From the NCBI GenBank assembly GCA_018302785.1, contig JAGVZF010000012.1, forward strand, positions 1,859 through 65,858: a stretch of DNA of 64,000 nucleotides. The letters are read 5' to 3'. The notes beneath the pieces are model-generated. The model was not told the DNA's origin, made no database searches, and saw only the letters and a program-made list of their open reading frames with translations. The position numbers were made by a program, and so were the translations under genes. This stretch comes from Candidatus Woesearchaeota archaeon. Its GTDB lineage: Archaea > Nanobdellota > Nanobdellia > SCGC-AAA011-G17 > JAGVZF01. Below are positions 24,929 to 33,644 of this stretch, one piece after another. The number at the start of each line of letters is the position of its first letter. The first letter of the stretch is position 1.

Positions 24929-25621
24929 ATGTCAAAAGAAACTATAGATATGATTGTTGAAGGAGGAAAAGCTAGTATGACCCCGCAATTAGGTCAGAAA
25001 GCAGGACCTTTAGGAATTAATATTCAAGAGATTCTAAATGATGTTAATAAGAAAACAGATGCTTTTAAAGGCATTAAAGTACCTGTAAAAGTTTATGTAG
25101 ATACTTCTAATAAGAGTTATGAAATTGAGGTTGGAAGTCCTCCAACTTCTGAGTTAATTAAAAAAGAAAATGAATTAGAAAAAGGAAGCGGAACTCCTAA
25201 TGCATTAAAAGCAGGATATTTATCTATTGAACAAGTAATTAAAATTGCTAAGATGAAAAAAGATTCTTTATTAGTTTATGATTTAAAAGGTGCTGTAAAA
25301 AATGTTGTAGGAAGTTGCGTTTCTATAGGAATTTTAATAGAAGGAAAAGATCCTAAAGAGATAATGAAAATGATTAATGATAATGAATTTGATGATTTTA
25401 TTAAGAATGAAAAAACAGAAATGGATTCTGAAAAGAAAAAATTAGTTGATAAAGAAGTTAAAAGATTAAAGGATAATTATAAGAAAGTTATGAAAGAAAC
25501 TGCAGAAAAGAAAGCTGCAGAAGCTGCTGCTGTTCCTGCTACAACAGAAGCTAGTGTTGCTCCAACAACTGCTAAGAAAGAAGAAAAGAAAGATAATAAA
25601 AAAGATGTTAAGAAAAGATAA
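24929..25621 (+). CDS. rpl11: 50S ribosomal protein L11 (uL11) with a long K/E/A-rich C-terminal extension
   Basis: GGKASMTPQLGQKAGPLGINI and VGSPPTSELIKKE motifs. About 70 extra residues at the C-terminus (…AEKKAAEAAAVPATTEASVAPTTAKKEEKKDNKKDVKKR). Confidence 0.9.
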   Translation: MSKETIDMIVEGGKASMTPQLGQKAGPLGINIQEILNDVNKKTDAFKGIKVPVKVYVDTSNKSYEIEVGSPPTSELIKKENELEKGSGTPNALKAGYLSIEQVIKIAKMKKDSLLVYDLKGAVKNVVGSCVSIGILIEGKDPKEIMKMINDNEFDDFIKNEKTEMDSEKKKLVDKEVKRLKDNYKKVMKETAEKKAAEAAAVPATTEASVAPTTAKKEEKKDNKKDVKKR

Positions 25622-25664
25622 ATTCTAAAGATAGATTTATAATTTTTTGTTTTAAATTAATTCT

Positions 25665-26465
25665 ATGGATTATGAATTAGAAGGAAAAACTGTTGTTGTG
25701 ACTGGAGCTGCACAAGGTATTGGAGCAGAGATTACAACTAGTTTACTAAATCAAGGAGCTTATGTTATTGCTATTGATTTGAAGAATCTTAATGATAGTG
25801 AATTAGAAGATAAGATAGAAGTAAGTAATCATAATACTCGTTTTTTAAATTTAAATTATCAAAGAGGAGATGCATCAGATGTTGATAGAATGAAACAAGT
25901 GTTTGATTCATATTATGGGGATAATACTATTTCTTTAGATGGGCTTGTAAATAATGTAGGATTATTAGGGTTAGATCCAGAAAGAAATCTTGAACAATGG
26001 GATAGACATATGAATGCTCATGCAAAAACAGCTTATGTTATGACAGAAGTATGTTATCCATTAATGAGAAAAGGAGGTTCTATTGTTAATATGGGTTCAA
26101 TTGAATTAGAAATGTGTGCTAAGAATGCTGTCTTATATACTGCAGGAAAGGGAGCTGTTTTAGGTTTGACTATTGGATATGCTGTAACTTTAGCAGATAA
26201 AGGTATTAGAGTAAATATGGTTAGTCCAGGAAATGTTAATACAAATACAAATGTTAAACAATATCAAGATGATCCTAAAACAAAAGAAGTGATTGATAAA
26301 TTTGAATTTAGAACTCCAATGAAAAGAAGTGTAGAACCAAAAGAAGTTGCTAATGAAGTTTTATTCTTATTGTCTAATTTAAGTTCAGGAACTACTGGTC
26401 AAAATAGAATTGTTGATTGTGGGTATACAAAAGCTTTATGGGACAATGCTTGGATTAAAGAATAA
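25665..26465 (+). CDS. Short-chain dehydrogenase/reductase (SDR)
   Basis: TGAAQGIG cofactor motif, NNVG, YTAGKGAV (YxxxK), VNMVSPGNV. Confidence 0.85.
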   Translation: MDYELEGKTVVVTGAAQGIGAEITTSLLNQGAYVIAIDLKNLNDSELEDKIEVSNHNTRFLNLNYQRGDASDVDRMKQVFDSYYGDNTISLDGLVNNVGLLGLDPERNLEQWDRHMNAHAKTAYVMTEVCYPLMRKGGSIVNMGSIELEMCAKNAVLYTAGKGAVLGLTIGYAVTLADKGIRVNMVSPGNVNTNTNVKQYQDDPKTKEVIDKFEFRTPMKRSVEPKEVANEVLFLLSNLSSGTTGQNRIVDCGYTKALWDNAWIKE

Positions 26466-26525
26466 TTCTGTTAATATTCTAATTAGAAAGTTATATTAAT
26501 TCTAGTTTTACATGTTTTTGATAAC

Positions 26526-26616
26526 GGGGCTATAGTATAGCTTGGTCAGTATAGGCGGTTTGGGACTCTAAGGAGCAAATCACCGCCCGGCCGCAGTTCA
26601 AATCTGCGTAGCCCCA
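26526..26616 (+). tRNA. tRNA-Pro(UGG) with a 17-nt intron at the canonical 37/38 position
   Basis: Acceptor GGGGCUA/UAGCCCC+A, D arm GUAU/GUAU, anticodon stem GGCGG/CCGCC, loop UUUGGG|intron(26565-26581 actctaaggagcaaatc)|A, T arm CGCAG-UUCAAAU-CUGCG. Confidence 0.75.
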
Positions 26617-26731
26617 TTTTATAAAAATATTATTCTTAATATTCAAAATCAGGAAAAACTTTTGCAAAGTGTTAATTTTATAAATCTATCTATATTCTAT
26701 AGAATATATGTATTTTTGGAGTTGATTTAAA

Positions 26732-27103
26732 GTGGAATATACAATTTCTGATGTTGAAAAAGGAACTGCATCCAAAATTGCTGAAAATGTTTTAGCTTAC
26801 TTACAAGATAGAGATCATTCAGTAGAATATAAAGTAAGAAATTATCAAAATGATCCTAATGATGCAGTGGTTCTGAATAGAATAAGAGTCGAAATATGCG
26901 GTCCTGGATTATTAAAAAGAATTTTCTCAAAAAAAGTAGCCGAAATTAGTCATTTAGAACCTGGTAATAAAACTAGGGTTGTAAGTTTTAACGATACACT
27001 CTTGCCTCAAGAAAAACTGGAAGAACTTGCGCAAAATGTCGATGTGGGTAGATTATTATTTTTTGGGGCTACACATGCACAGCAAGCTGTAGATTATGTA
27101 TAG
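26732..27103 (+). CDS. Hypothetical protein (GTG start)
   Basis: ORF only; no motif recognised. Lies directly downstream of tRNA-Pro. Confidence 0.4.
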   Translation: MEYTISDVEKGTASKIAENVLAYLQDRDHSVEYKVRNYQNDPNDAVVLNRIRVEICGPGLLKRIFSKKVAEISHLEPGNKTRVVSFNDTLLPQEKLEELAQNVDVGRLLFFGATHAQQAVDYV

Positions 27104-27160
27104 TTACTTTGAATAATTAAAACTATTGTAGCTTATAGAACTTACTTAGTAATTTGATAT

Positions 27161-27176
27161 CGAAAGCTTTTTAAAA
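27161..27176 (+). promoter_or_regulatory. BRE/TATA-like promoter (cgaaagctttttaaaa) upstream of rpl37ae
   Basis: Motif match, about 45 nt upstream of the ATG at 27216. Confidence 0.45.
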
Positions 27177-27215
27177 CCTTATTCATAAGAAAATATTTGC
27201 TTTTTTTAAGTTAAG

Positions 27216-27431
27216 ATGGGAAGAACTAAGAAAGTAGGAAGTGCTGGTAGATTTGGTGTTAGATATGGAAGAACTACTAGGAAGAAGATTGCTGATATTG
27301 AAGCCTTATATAAAGGAAGACATAAATGTTTAAATTGCAAAAAAATTTCTGTAAAAAGAACTTCTTATGGTATTTGGGAATGTAATAAATGTAATGTCAA
27401 ATTTGCTGGAAAAGCATACTCATTAAATTAA
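27216..27431 (+). CDS. rpl37ae: 50S ribosomal protein L37Ae (eL43)
   Basis: MGRTKKVGSAGRFGVRYG start and a CxxC...CxxC zinc ribbon. Confidence 0.9.
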   Translation: MGRTKKVGSAGRFGVRYGRTTRKKIADIEALYKGRHKCLNCKKISVKRTSYGIWECNKCNVKFAGKAYSLN

Positions 27432-27432
27432 A

Positions 27433-27570
27433 ATGGTAGTGTATAAATGTTTTTATTGCAATAAAATTGTAAAGGAAGAATATGTAGAAAAAAGAGTAAG
27501 ATGTCCTTATTGTGGTTCTAAAATTTTGTTTAAACCAAGAGTTACTAATGTCAAAGTAAAGGCAGTTTAA
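27433..27570 (+). CDS. rpoP: DNA-directed RNA polymerase subunit P (RpoP/Rpo12), 45 aa (not in the ORF track)
   Basis: My translation: MVVYKCFYCNKIVKEEYVEKRVRCPYCGSKILFKPRVTNVKVKAV. CxxC...CxxC zinc ribbon plus RILxKxR-like tail. Conserved position after L37Ae. Confidence 0.75.
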   Translation: MVVYKCFYCNKIVKEEYVEKRVRCPYCGSKILFKPRVTNVKVKAV

Positions 27571-27571
27571 G

Positions 27572-27901
27572 ATGGTTGACAAATCAACACAGAAAAAAGT
27601 AGAGGAGTTGCATAATATTGAAGAAAATTTAAGAGTTATATTAGTGCAAAAACAGAATTTACAAATACAACTTCTTGAAATGGAAAATGCAATTTCAGAA
27701 TTGGAAAAAACTAATGATAATGCGTATAAAATTGTTGGTGCAATTATGGTAGAATTGCCATCAGAAGAAATAAAAAAAGATTTAAATTCAAAAAAAGAAA
27801 TTGTTGAGATAAAAATAAAAAATCTTGACAAACAAGAAAACAAGCTAAAAGAGGAGTCTAACTCTATACAAAAAGAGGTATTGAGTGCTCTAAAAGAGTG
27901 A
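27572..27901 (+). CDS. pfdB: Prefoldin beta subunit
   Basis: About 109 aa coiled coil-hairpin-coiled coil (…AYKIVGAIMVELPSEE…). Conserved neighbourhood with L37Ae/RpoP. Confidence 0.8.
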   Translation: MVDKSTQKKVEELHNIEENLRVILVQKQNLQIQLLEMENAISELEKTNDNAYKIVGAIMVELPSEEIKKDLNSKKEIVEIKIKNLDKQENKLKEESNSIQKEVLSALKE

Positions 27902-27910
27902 GGTCTTAAA

Positions 27911-28159
27911 ATGGAATTAGAAAGAATTAGAGGTGTAGTAGATATTTTAGGTCAGATTGAGGAGGACTTTACAGTTCCTAAAAACATAAGAATTAAGATA
28001 AAGGGAGTAGTAGAATCCTTAAATCAAGAGACTTTAAGCATTGACATTAGAATTGATATAGGTTTGCAGGAATTAGATGAGATTTCAGATGATCCAAATC
28101 TAAGCAGCTTTACAAGAATGCAGATTTGGAATGTTTTGAGTGCCTTAGAAAGTATCTAA
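27911..28159 (+). CDS. UPF0147-family small protein
   Basis: 82 aa with VPKNIRIKIKGVVESL and ISDDPNLSSFTRMQIWNVLSALE, the pattern I recall for the archaeal UPF0147 family. Confidence 0.6.
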   Translation: MELERIRGVVDILGQIEEDFTVPKNIRIKIKGVVESLNQETLSIDIRIDIGLQELDEISDDPNLSSFTRMQIWNVLSALESI

Positions 28160-28208
28160 ACAATATAGAAATATTTATATATTAAATCAGTGTACATTAT
28201 TAATAAAA

Positions 28209-28616
28209 ATGGGAATATTTTCAAAAATAAAAGAAAAAGTAGGTATAAGTAATGATATTGATGATTTTCCAGAAGAATTTACTAATGATTATGTTCAAAT
28301 AGATGCAGAAAAAAGAGCTGCTGGAAAAGCAAAGGTTATTGTTAGACCATTTATGATTGAAGACTTCTCTGATATTAAGCCAATGTTAGATGCTATTAGA
28401 GAAGGTTATACTATAGCTTTAGTTAATATAAAACCTTTAAAAGATAAAGATATAATGGAATTAAAAAGAGCTGTAGGGAAATTAAAGAAAACTTGTGATG
28501 CTATTGAAGGAGATATAGCAGGATTTGGTGAAGATTGGCTTGTTATAACCCCAAGTTTTGCTCAAATATATAGGGATAAAAACGTAGAAAATATTAATAC
28601 AGAAGAGCAAGCTTAA
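28209..28616 (+). CDS. sepF: Archaeal SepF-like cell division protein (DUF552)
   Basis: C-terminal domain VIVRPFMIEDFSDIKPMLDAIREGYTIALVNIKPL...DIAGFGEDWLVITP. Confidence 0.75.
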   Translation: MGIFSKIKEKVGISNDIDDFPEEFTNDYVQIDAEKRAAGKAKVIVRPFMIEDFSDIKPMLDAIREGYTIALVNIKPLKDKDIMELKRAVGKLKKTCDAIEGDIAGFGEDWLVITPSFAQIYRDKNVENINTEEQA

Positions 28617-28655
28617 GAGTTACATTTATAAATCTTTAGTGATATTTCTTTTATT

Positions 28656-29183
28656 ATGGAAGAATTAAATCAAGAAATTTGTCCTTTCTGTCTGAATAAG
28701 ACATTAATATTAAGAGAAGAACTAATAGATATTCCATATTTTGGTAAGACTTATGTTTTTTCTATGAGTTGTCAAGACAGTGATTGTAATTATTTTAAGG
28801 CTGATGTTGAAGCTGAAGAAAAAAAAGATCCTTGTAAGATTACATTTACGATAAAAAAAGAAGATGATTTGAGCATTAGAGTTGTTAAGTCAAGTGAAGC
28901 TACTGTAAAAGTTCCTCAATTAAGAATGAGTGTTACTCCAGGGCCTAGTTCTAATGGTTATGTAAGTAATGTAGAAGGAATTTTAAATAGATTTAAGAAA
29001 ATATTAGAAGATGAAAGAGATTTAAGTGATGATGATAGTGTAAGAAAACATGCTAAAAATTTATTAAAAAAATTATGGAAAGTTAAAACTGGAGATATGG
29101 AGTTGAAAATAGTAATTGAGGATCCATCAGGAAATTCTGCTATATTAAGTAAAGATGTAGTTGTTGAGAAATTAAAGGTATGA
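28656..29183 (+). CDS. ZPR1-type zinc finger protein
   Basis: CPFC...IDIPYFGKTYVFSMSCQDSDCNY followed by a beta-rich domain (VKVPQLRMSVTPG). Confidence 0.75.
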   Translation: MEELNQEICPFCLNKTLILREELIDIPYFGKTYVFSMSCQDSDCNYFKADVEAEEKKDPCKITFTIKKEDDLSIRVVKSSEATVKVPQLRMSVTPGPSSNGYVSNVEGILNRFKKILEDERDLSDDDSVRKHAKNLLKKLWKVKTGDMELKIVIEDPSGNSAILSKDVVVEKLKV

Positions 29184-29818
29184 AAGTTCTTTTTTTAGAG
29201 TCTAAATCACAAATTAAAATTTCTAGGAATTTATTAGATAAATTTAAATTACCTAAGAGAATTGCTTTAGTAAGTACAATTCAACAATTACATATTCTAA
29301 ATGAAATTAAAGACTATTTAGAAAATAAAGGACATAGTGTAGTTATTGGCGGACAAGTTATTGGCTGTAATGTGATTAGTGCATTTAAAGTTAAAGATGA
29401 TGTTGATGCAATTTTATATATTGGAAGTGGAGAATTTCATCCTATTGAGGTTGCTAGAAAAACTGGTAAAAAAGTTATTAAGTTAAATCCTTATACTAAA
29501 GTTATTTCTGAAATTAGTGAAAAAGAAGTTAAGGATTATGAAAGAAAAATTAGAGGTAAATTAGCTAAATTTTATAATGCAAAGAAGATAGGAATTATTG
29601 TTTCGCTAAAACCAGGTCAGCAATTATTATGGAAAGCTGAAAAATTTGTCAGAGATCATAAAGATAAGGAATGCTTTATTTTTGTTATTAATGATGTTAG
29701 AAAAGAAGAATTAGAAAATTTTAATGATATAGAATATTGGGTAAATACTGCTTGTTCTAGAATTGAATTACCTGGTGTTATTAGTATTGATGACATTGAA
29801 AGTTTTAAGAAAGATTAG
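29180..29818 (+). CDS. Dph2-like diphthamide synthesis protein, short (212 aa)
   Basis: RIALVSTIQQLHIL..., ILYIGSGEFHPIEVA, IGIIVSLKPGQQ. ATGA overlap with the ZPR1 gene. Confidence 0.6.
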   Translation: MKVLFLESKSQIKISRNLLDKFKLPKRIALVSTIQQLHILNEIKDYLENKGHSVVIGGQVIGCNVISAFKVKDDVDAILYIGSGEFHPIEVARKTGKKVIKLNPYTKVISEISEKEVKDYERKIRGKLAKFYNAKKIGIIVSLKPGQQLLWKAEKFVRDHKDKECFIFVINDVRKEELENFNDIEYWVNTACSRIELPGVISIDDIESFKKD

Positions 29819-30124
29819 TTATTTTGTTTCATCAAGAATTATTTTATTTTTAAAACCACCTCTTTTTTTATTTTTAATAATCCTTAATTCTTCTAACTTT
29901 TCTTTATTTATGCCTTTTTTATCACAAATTGCATAAATTACTTCTAGAATGTCTGCTAATTCGTCATTATTATTACTTTCAAGAAACTCTTCTACTTCTT
30001 CCTTTAATTTTTCTTGCAGTTTTAAGTAATATTCTTCGTCATTTGCAATATGTGTTATTGCAATCTGGTCCTTGTTCCTTATTATCTCCGGAATTTTGTC
30101 TCTAACTAATTTATTATATTTCAT
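29819..30124 (-). CDS. MazG-like / PRA-PH-like nucleotide pyrophosphohydrolase
   Basis: KLVRDKIPEII...EEVEEFLES...ELADILEVIYAI all-alpha NTP-PPase pattern. Confidence 0.7.
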   Translation of the reverse strand: MKYNKLVRDKIPEIIRNKDQIAITHIANDEEYYLKLQEKLKEEVEEFLESNNNDELADILEVIYAICDKKGINKEKLEELRIIKNKKRGGFKNKIILDETK

Positions 30125-30169
30125 TTATTTTACGAATAGTCTAGATTTTATAAAGATTGTTGGAAAAGA

Positions 30170-30559
30170 TTAATAAGTTTCTATTTGTAATTTTTTAATT
30201 TTAGAAAAATGTTTAATATTTCTAGTTAATAGTTTTTTATTATTTTTAATACAAATTCCAGCAATCATACTATCTTCTGGTTGAATAGGATTCCCTTGTG
30301 CATACAATTCCGAGTGTAATTTACCACCAATTTTTGCACTTTCAAGATCTAAGTCAAGTAAACCTAAGCTTTCCAGTAATGTATTTATATTATCTAATTT
30401 TTGTTTACTTTTTATATCTGAGGTACCTTGCCATATTTCAAAAACAGTAACTGCTGTTGTAAAAACAGGTAGATTTGCTTTTTCCAAATATTTAGCCTTG
30501 TCTACAGCTGAAGGATCATTATTTAACAAGTCGATAATAAATGTTGTGTCTAATATCAT
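30170..30559 (-). CDS. vapC: PIN-domain toxin VapC
   Basis: MILDTTFIIDLL, VTVFEIWQG, EDSMIAGICI, LLTRNIKHF. Confidence 0.85.
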   Translation of the reverse strand: MILDTTFIIDLLNNDPSAVDKAKYLEKANLPVFTTAVTVFEIWQGTSDIKSKQKLDNINTLLESLGLLDLDLESAKIGGKLHSELYAQGNPIQPEDSMIAGICIKNNKKLLTRNIKHFSKIKKLQIETY

Positions 30560-30789
30560 GTCAGTTTTTCCTTTACGTTTCTCATCCTATCATTAGATAA
30601 TTCACGCGACTTAGCAATCTTATTTTTTATATTTTTGGCTTCTTCATTTGTCAAAATACCTGCAAAATCTGTTAACTTTACTTTTGCGGTTAATCTTCTA
30701 ATAGCCTCACTAAAACTTTCTTCTTTCTTCTTTAGCGCATTTAGTCTTTCATATGCGTCTTCAGCTATAGTAATAGTTTTAGTGGACAT
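30556..30789 (-). CDS. vapB: VapB-type antitoxin (DUF217-like)
   Basis: MSTKTITIAEDAYERLNALKKKEESFSEAIRRL. 4-nt overlap with vapC. The likely start is the third Met of the track ORF. Confidence 0.75.
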   Translation of the reverse strand: MSTKTITIAEDAYERLNALKKKEESFSEAIRRLTAKVKLTDFAGILTNEEAKNIKNKIAKSRELSNDRMRNVKEKLT

Positions 30790-30879
30790 AAACATACGTG
30801 TATGTATGTTTATTTAAGCTTTTCTATATTCAAAAATAATCTACCTAATCTTTAAATATGAGTAATTTACTTTAAATTT

Positions 30880-32388
30880 ATGGATAAAACTAAATTAGAA
30901 AAAGTAATGGATATTGCTACTAAGAGAGGTTTTTTCTATCCTTCTGCTGAAATTTATGGAAGTAAATCAGGATTTTGGACTTATGGTAGTTTAGGAACTA
31001 AAATAAAGCATAAATGGGAAAATTTATGGAGAAATTACTTTTTATCATTAAATTCTAATTTTTATGAAATTGATGATGTTAATATATTACCTAAAAAAGT
31101 TTTTGAAAGTTCTGGTCATTTAAAGAATTTTAATGATCCTTTAACAGAATGTGAAAAATGTCATTTTAGATTTAAGGCAGATCAATTAATTGAAGATGAA
31201 TTAAAATTAAATGTTGCTGGATTAAAGGAAGATGCTTTAACAAAATTGATTAGAGATAATAAAATAAAGTGTACAAATTGTAAAGGAAACTTAATGGATG
31301 TTAGATTTTTTAATATGATGTTTGATGTTAAAGTTGGAGCTGTAGGGGAAGACATAATGTATTTAAGGCCAGAAAGTGCACAAAGTCCTTATTTAGCATT
31401 TAAAAGAGAATTTGAAGCAACTAGAAGAAAATTACCTTTAGGATTAGCTGTAATTGGAAGAGCTTATAGAAATGAAATAAGTCCCAGGCAAGCTTTTTTT
31501 AGATTAAGAGAATTTACACAAGCAGAACTACAAATTTTTTTTGATCCTGATAAATTGAATAAACATGAAGATTTTAATTCTATTAAAGATTATAAGTTAA
31601 TTTTACATATTAATAATAAAACTTCGAAGTTAAGTTGTAAAGACGCTGTTGAGAAAATAAAATTACCTAAGTTTTATGTTTATTATTTAGCTAAAGTACA
31701 ACAGTTTTACTTAGAAACTTTAAATATTAATGAAAAATTATTTAGATTTAGAGAATTAGATGAAAAAGAAAGAGCTTTCTATAATAAAATTCATTTTGAT
31801 ATAGAATTAAATTTAGAAACACTTAATGGGTGGAGAGAAGCTGGAGGTGTGCATTATAGAGGAGATCATGACTTAAAGGGACATCAAGAGGGAAGTAATA
31901 CAAAATTAGAAGTTACAATTGATGAAGATGGAAAAACTAAGAGATTTATTCCACATGTTTTAGAACTAAGTTTTGGAGTAGATAGGAATATTTGGGCTTT
32001 ACTTGATTTATTTTATAAAGAAGAAAAAGAAAGAACTTTATTTATATTTCCAAGTAATATAACTCCTTTAGATGCTGCTGTATTTCCTTTAGTTAATAAA
32101 GAGAAAATGCCTGAAATAGCTGAAAAAATATTCTTAGATTTATTTAATAATGGTTTAAGTGTATTTTATGATAATTCTGGAAGTATTGGAAGAAGATATA
32201 GAAGACAAGATGAAATTGGAACTTTATGTTGTATTACTATTGATAGCGACTCTTTAAAATATAATTCTGTAACTTTAAGAAATAGAGATAATATGAAGCA
32301 AATTAGAGTAAACTTTGATGAGCTTAAAACTGCTTTAAAAAGGTTATTTAATAATGAGAAATTGGAAAAAATTGGAAAAATAATTTGA
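30880..32388 (+). CDS. glyS: Glycyl-tRNA synthetase (archaeal/eukaryotic alpha2 type)
   Basis: RGFFYPSAEIYGSKSGFWTYGSLG, RPESAQSPYLAF, GRAYRNEISPRQAFFRLREFTQAE motifs. Confidence 0.9.
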   Translation: MDKTKLEKVMDIATKRGFFYPSAEIYGSKSGFWTYGSLGTKIKHKWENLWRNYFLSLNSNFYEIDDVNILPKKVFESSGHLKNFNDPLTECEKCHFRFKADQLIEDELKLNVAGLKEDALTKLIRDNKIKCTNCKGNLMDVRFFNMMFDVKVGAVGEDIMYLRPESAQSPYLAFKREFEATRRKLPLGLAVIGRAYRNEISPRQAFFRLREFTQAELQIFFDPDKLNKHEDFNSIKDYKLILHINNKTSKLSCKDAVEKIKLPKFYVYYLAKVQQFYLETLNINEKLFRFRELDEKERAFYNKIHFDIELNLETLNGWREAGGVHYRGDHDLKGHQEGSNTKLEVTIDEDGKTKRFIPHVLELSFGVDRNIWALLDLFYKEEKERTLFIFPSNITPLDAAVFPLVNKEKMPEIAEKIFLDLFNNGLSVFYDNSGSIGRRYRRQDEIGTLCCITIDSDSLKYNSVTLRNRDNMKQIRVNFDELKTALKRLFNNEKLEKIGKII

Positions 32389-32429
32389 TTTGCTAAAAGT
32401 TTATATATAACTTATTTTGCTTCTTAAAT

Positions 32430-33644
32430 ATGATTTATGATATTGGAAATTTAGCTTTACTACCAATAAGATCTAATGATGATTTCTCAAGAAGATTAGC
32501 TAATCATTTTGGATTAAGTGATCCTGATAAATTAGTTATAAATAGAGCATGGAGTAATGGGGAATATTGTCCCATAATTACAGATATTTTAGATAAAGAT
32601 AGTGAACCAAGGTTAGAAGGAAGAACTGCTTGTATTGTTTACAGTTATACCCAAAGTTATTTAAGTAATACTGAAGCTTTTGCTAGGATTTTACTTCTAT
32701 CTGATGCTGCTTATAGGAACGGGGCTGATGATGTTGTTTTAATTATGGCAGAAAGCTTATTTGACAGACAAGACTTAGATCCTTCAATAAAATATAAACA
32801 TGGATTTGGTGATATTTCCGATAAATTAAGGAAGAAAGCATTGTGTATGCAAGGACAAGCTTTCAGTTTAGAATCAGTTGTTGGCCATTTTAGACATGCT
32901 GGGATTTCTAGAGTTTTAACTTTGGATAGGCATTCTAATGAATCAGAAAGAGTTTATGCACATATCTATTCTAAAGATGCTAGTGAGGTTTTATTTAATT
33001 TAGATCCCGTACCAATATTTGTGAATTATGCTTTACAATTGCCAATTGATTTAAGTGATAGTGGGCAAAATTTAGTTTTATTAGCACCTGATAAAAATGC
33101 TTGGGGATCTGTTGATACATTTCAAGGTTTATCAGGACTTTGTAATGCATCTGTAGTTTATTGTGATAAAAATAGAGAAGTTCCAAATGATCCTAATAGA
33201 TTAAAGGCAAGTATAAGTAAAACTAGTGATAATTTCAGAGGAGTTAAAGACAAAATTGTAGTTGCAATTGATGATAAAGCAGACACCATGGGAACTTTAA
33301 GAACTACATTAGTAGAGGATTTAACAACAGATGGAAAGCCAAGACAATTACATGCTTTTATTACACATATGATTATGTCAACTAGAAGTGCCTATGAAGA
33401 TATTTATACACATAGGATTAATTTACATGGGTCTAATAGTCATCCTAATATGACATTTAAAAAAGATGAACCTGGAGTTGAGAATATTACAGTAATTGAT
33501 TTTACTCCTTATTTTGCATGGGCTTTAGTTAATCATGTACTTCCTGGAATTCCAATTCAAGAATGTACAAAAGAAAATTTAGATAATTTTAGAGAATTAT
33601 ATAGTGTAATAAAACAAGGGAAAATTGTTGATTATATGTCATAG
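32430..33644 (+). CDS. Divergent ribose-phosphate pyrophosphokinase (PRPP synthetase)-family protein
   Basis: Colinear matches to PRS motifs: VVLIMAESLFDRQD (~PYxxYARQD), TLDRHS (~TVDLH), LLAPDKNAWGS (~VSPDxGG), VVAIDDKADTMGTL (~IVDDMIDTGGT), AFITHMIMS. At 404 aa it is longer than usual. Confidence 0.55.
   Translation: MIYDIGNLALLPIRSNDDFSRRLANHFGLSDPDKLVINRAWSNGEYCPIITDILDKDSEPRLEGRTACIVYSYTQSYLSNTEAFARILLLSDAAYRNGADDVVLIMAESLFDRQDLDPSIKYKHGFGDISDKLRKKALCMQGQAFSLESVVGHFRHAGISRVLTLDRHSNESERVYAHIYSKDASEVLFNLDPVPIFVNYALQLPIDLSDSGQNLVLLAPDKNAWGSVDTFQGLSGLCNASVVYCDKNREVPNDPNRLKASISKTSDNFRGVKDKIVVAIDDKADTMGTLRTTLVEDLTTDGKPRQLHAFITHMIMSTRSAYEDIYTHRINLHGSNSHPNMTFKKDEPGVENITVIDFTPYFAWALVNHVLPGIPIQECTKENLDNFRELYSVIKQGKIVDYMS

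Noticed and set aside
26466-26525. TATA box for tRNA-Pro, and likewise for tRNA-Met at 42917-42923
   Set aside because: Only looser matches are present (ttatatta at about -31; tttataa at about -32, overlapping the HIT stop codon). These are not reported as features, unlike the four exact TTTAAAT boxes.
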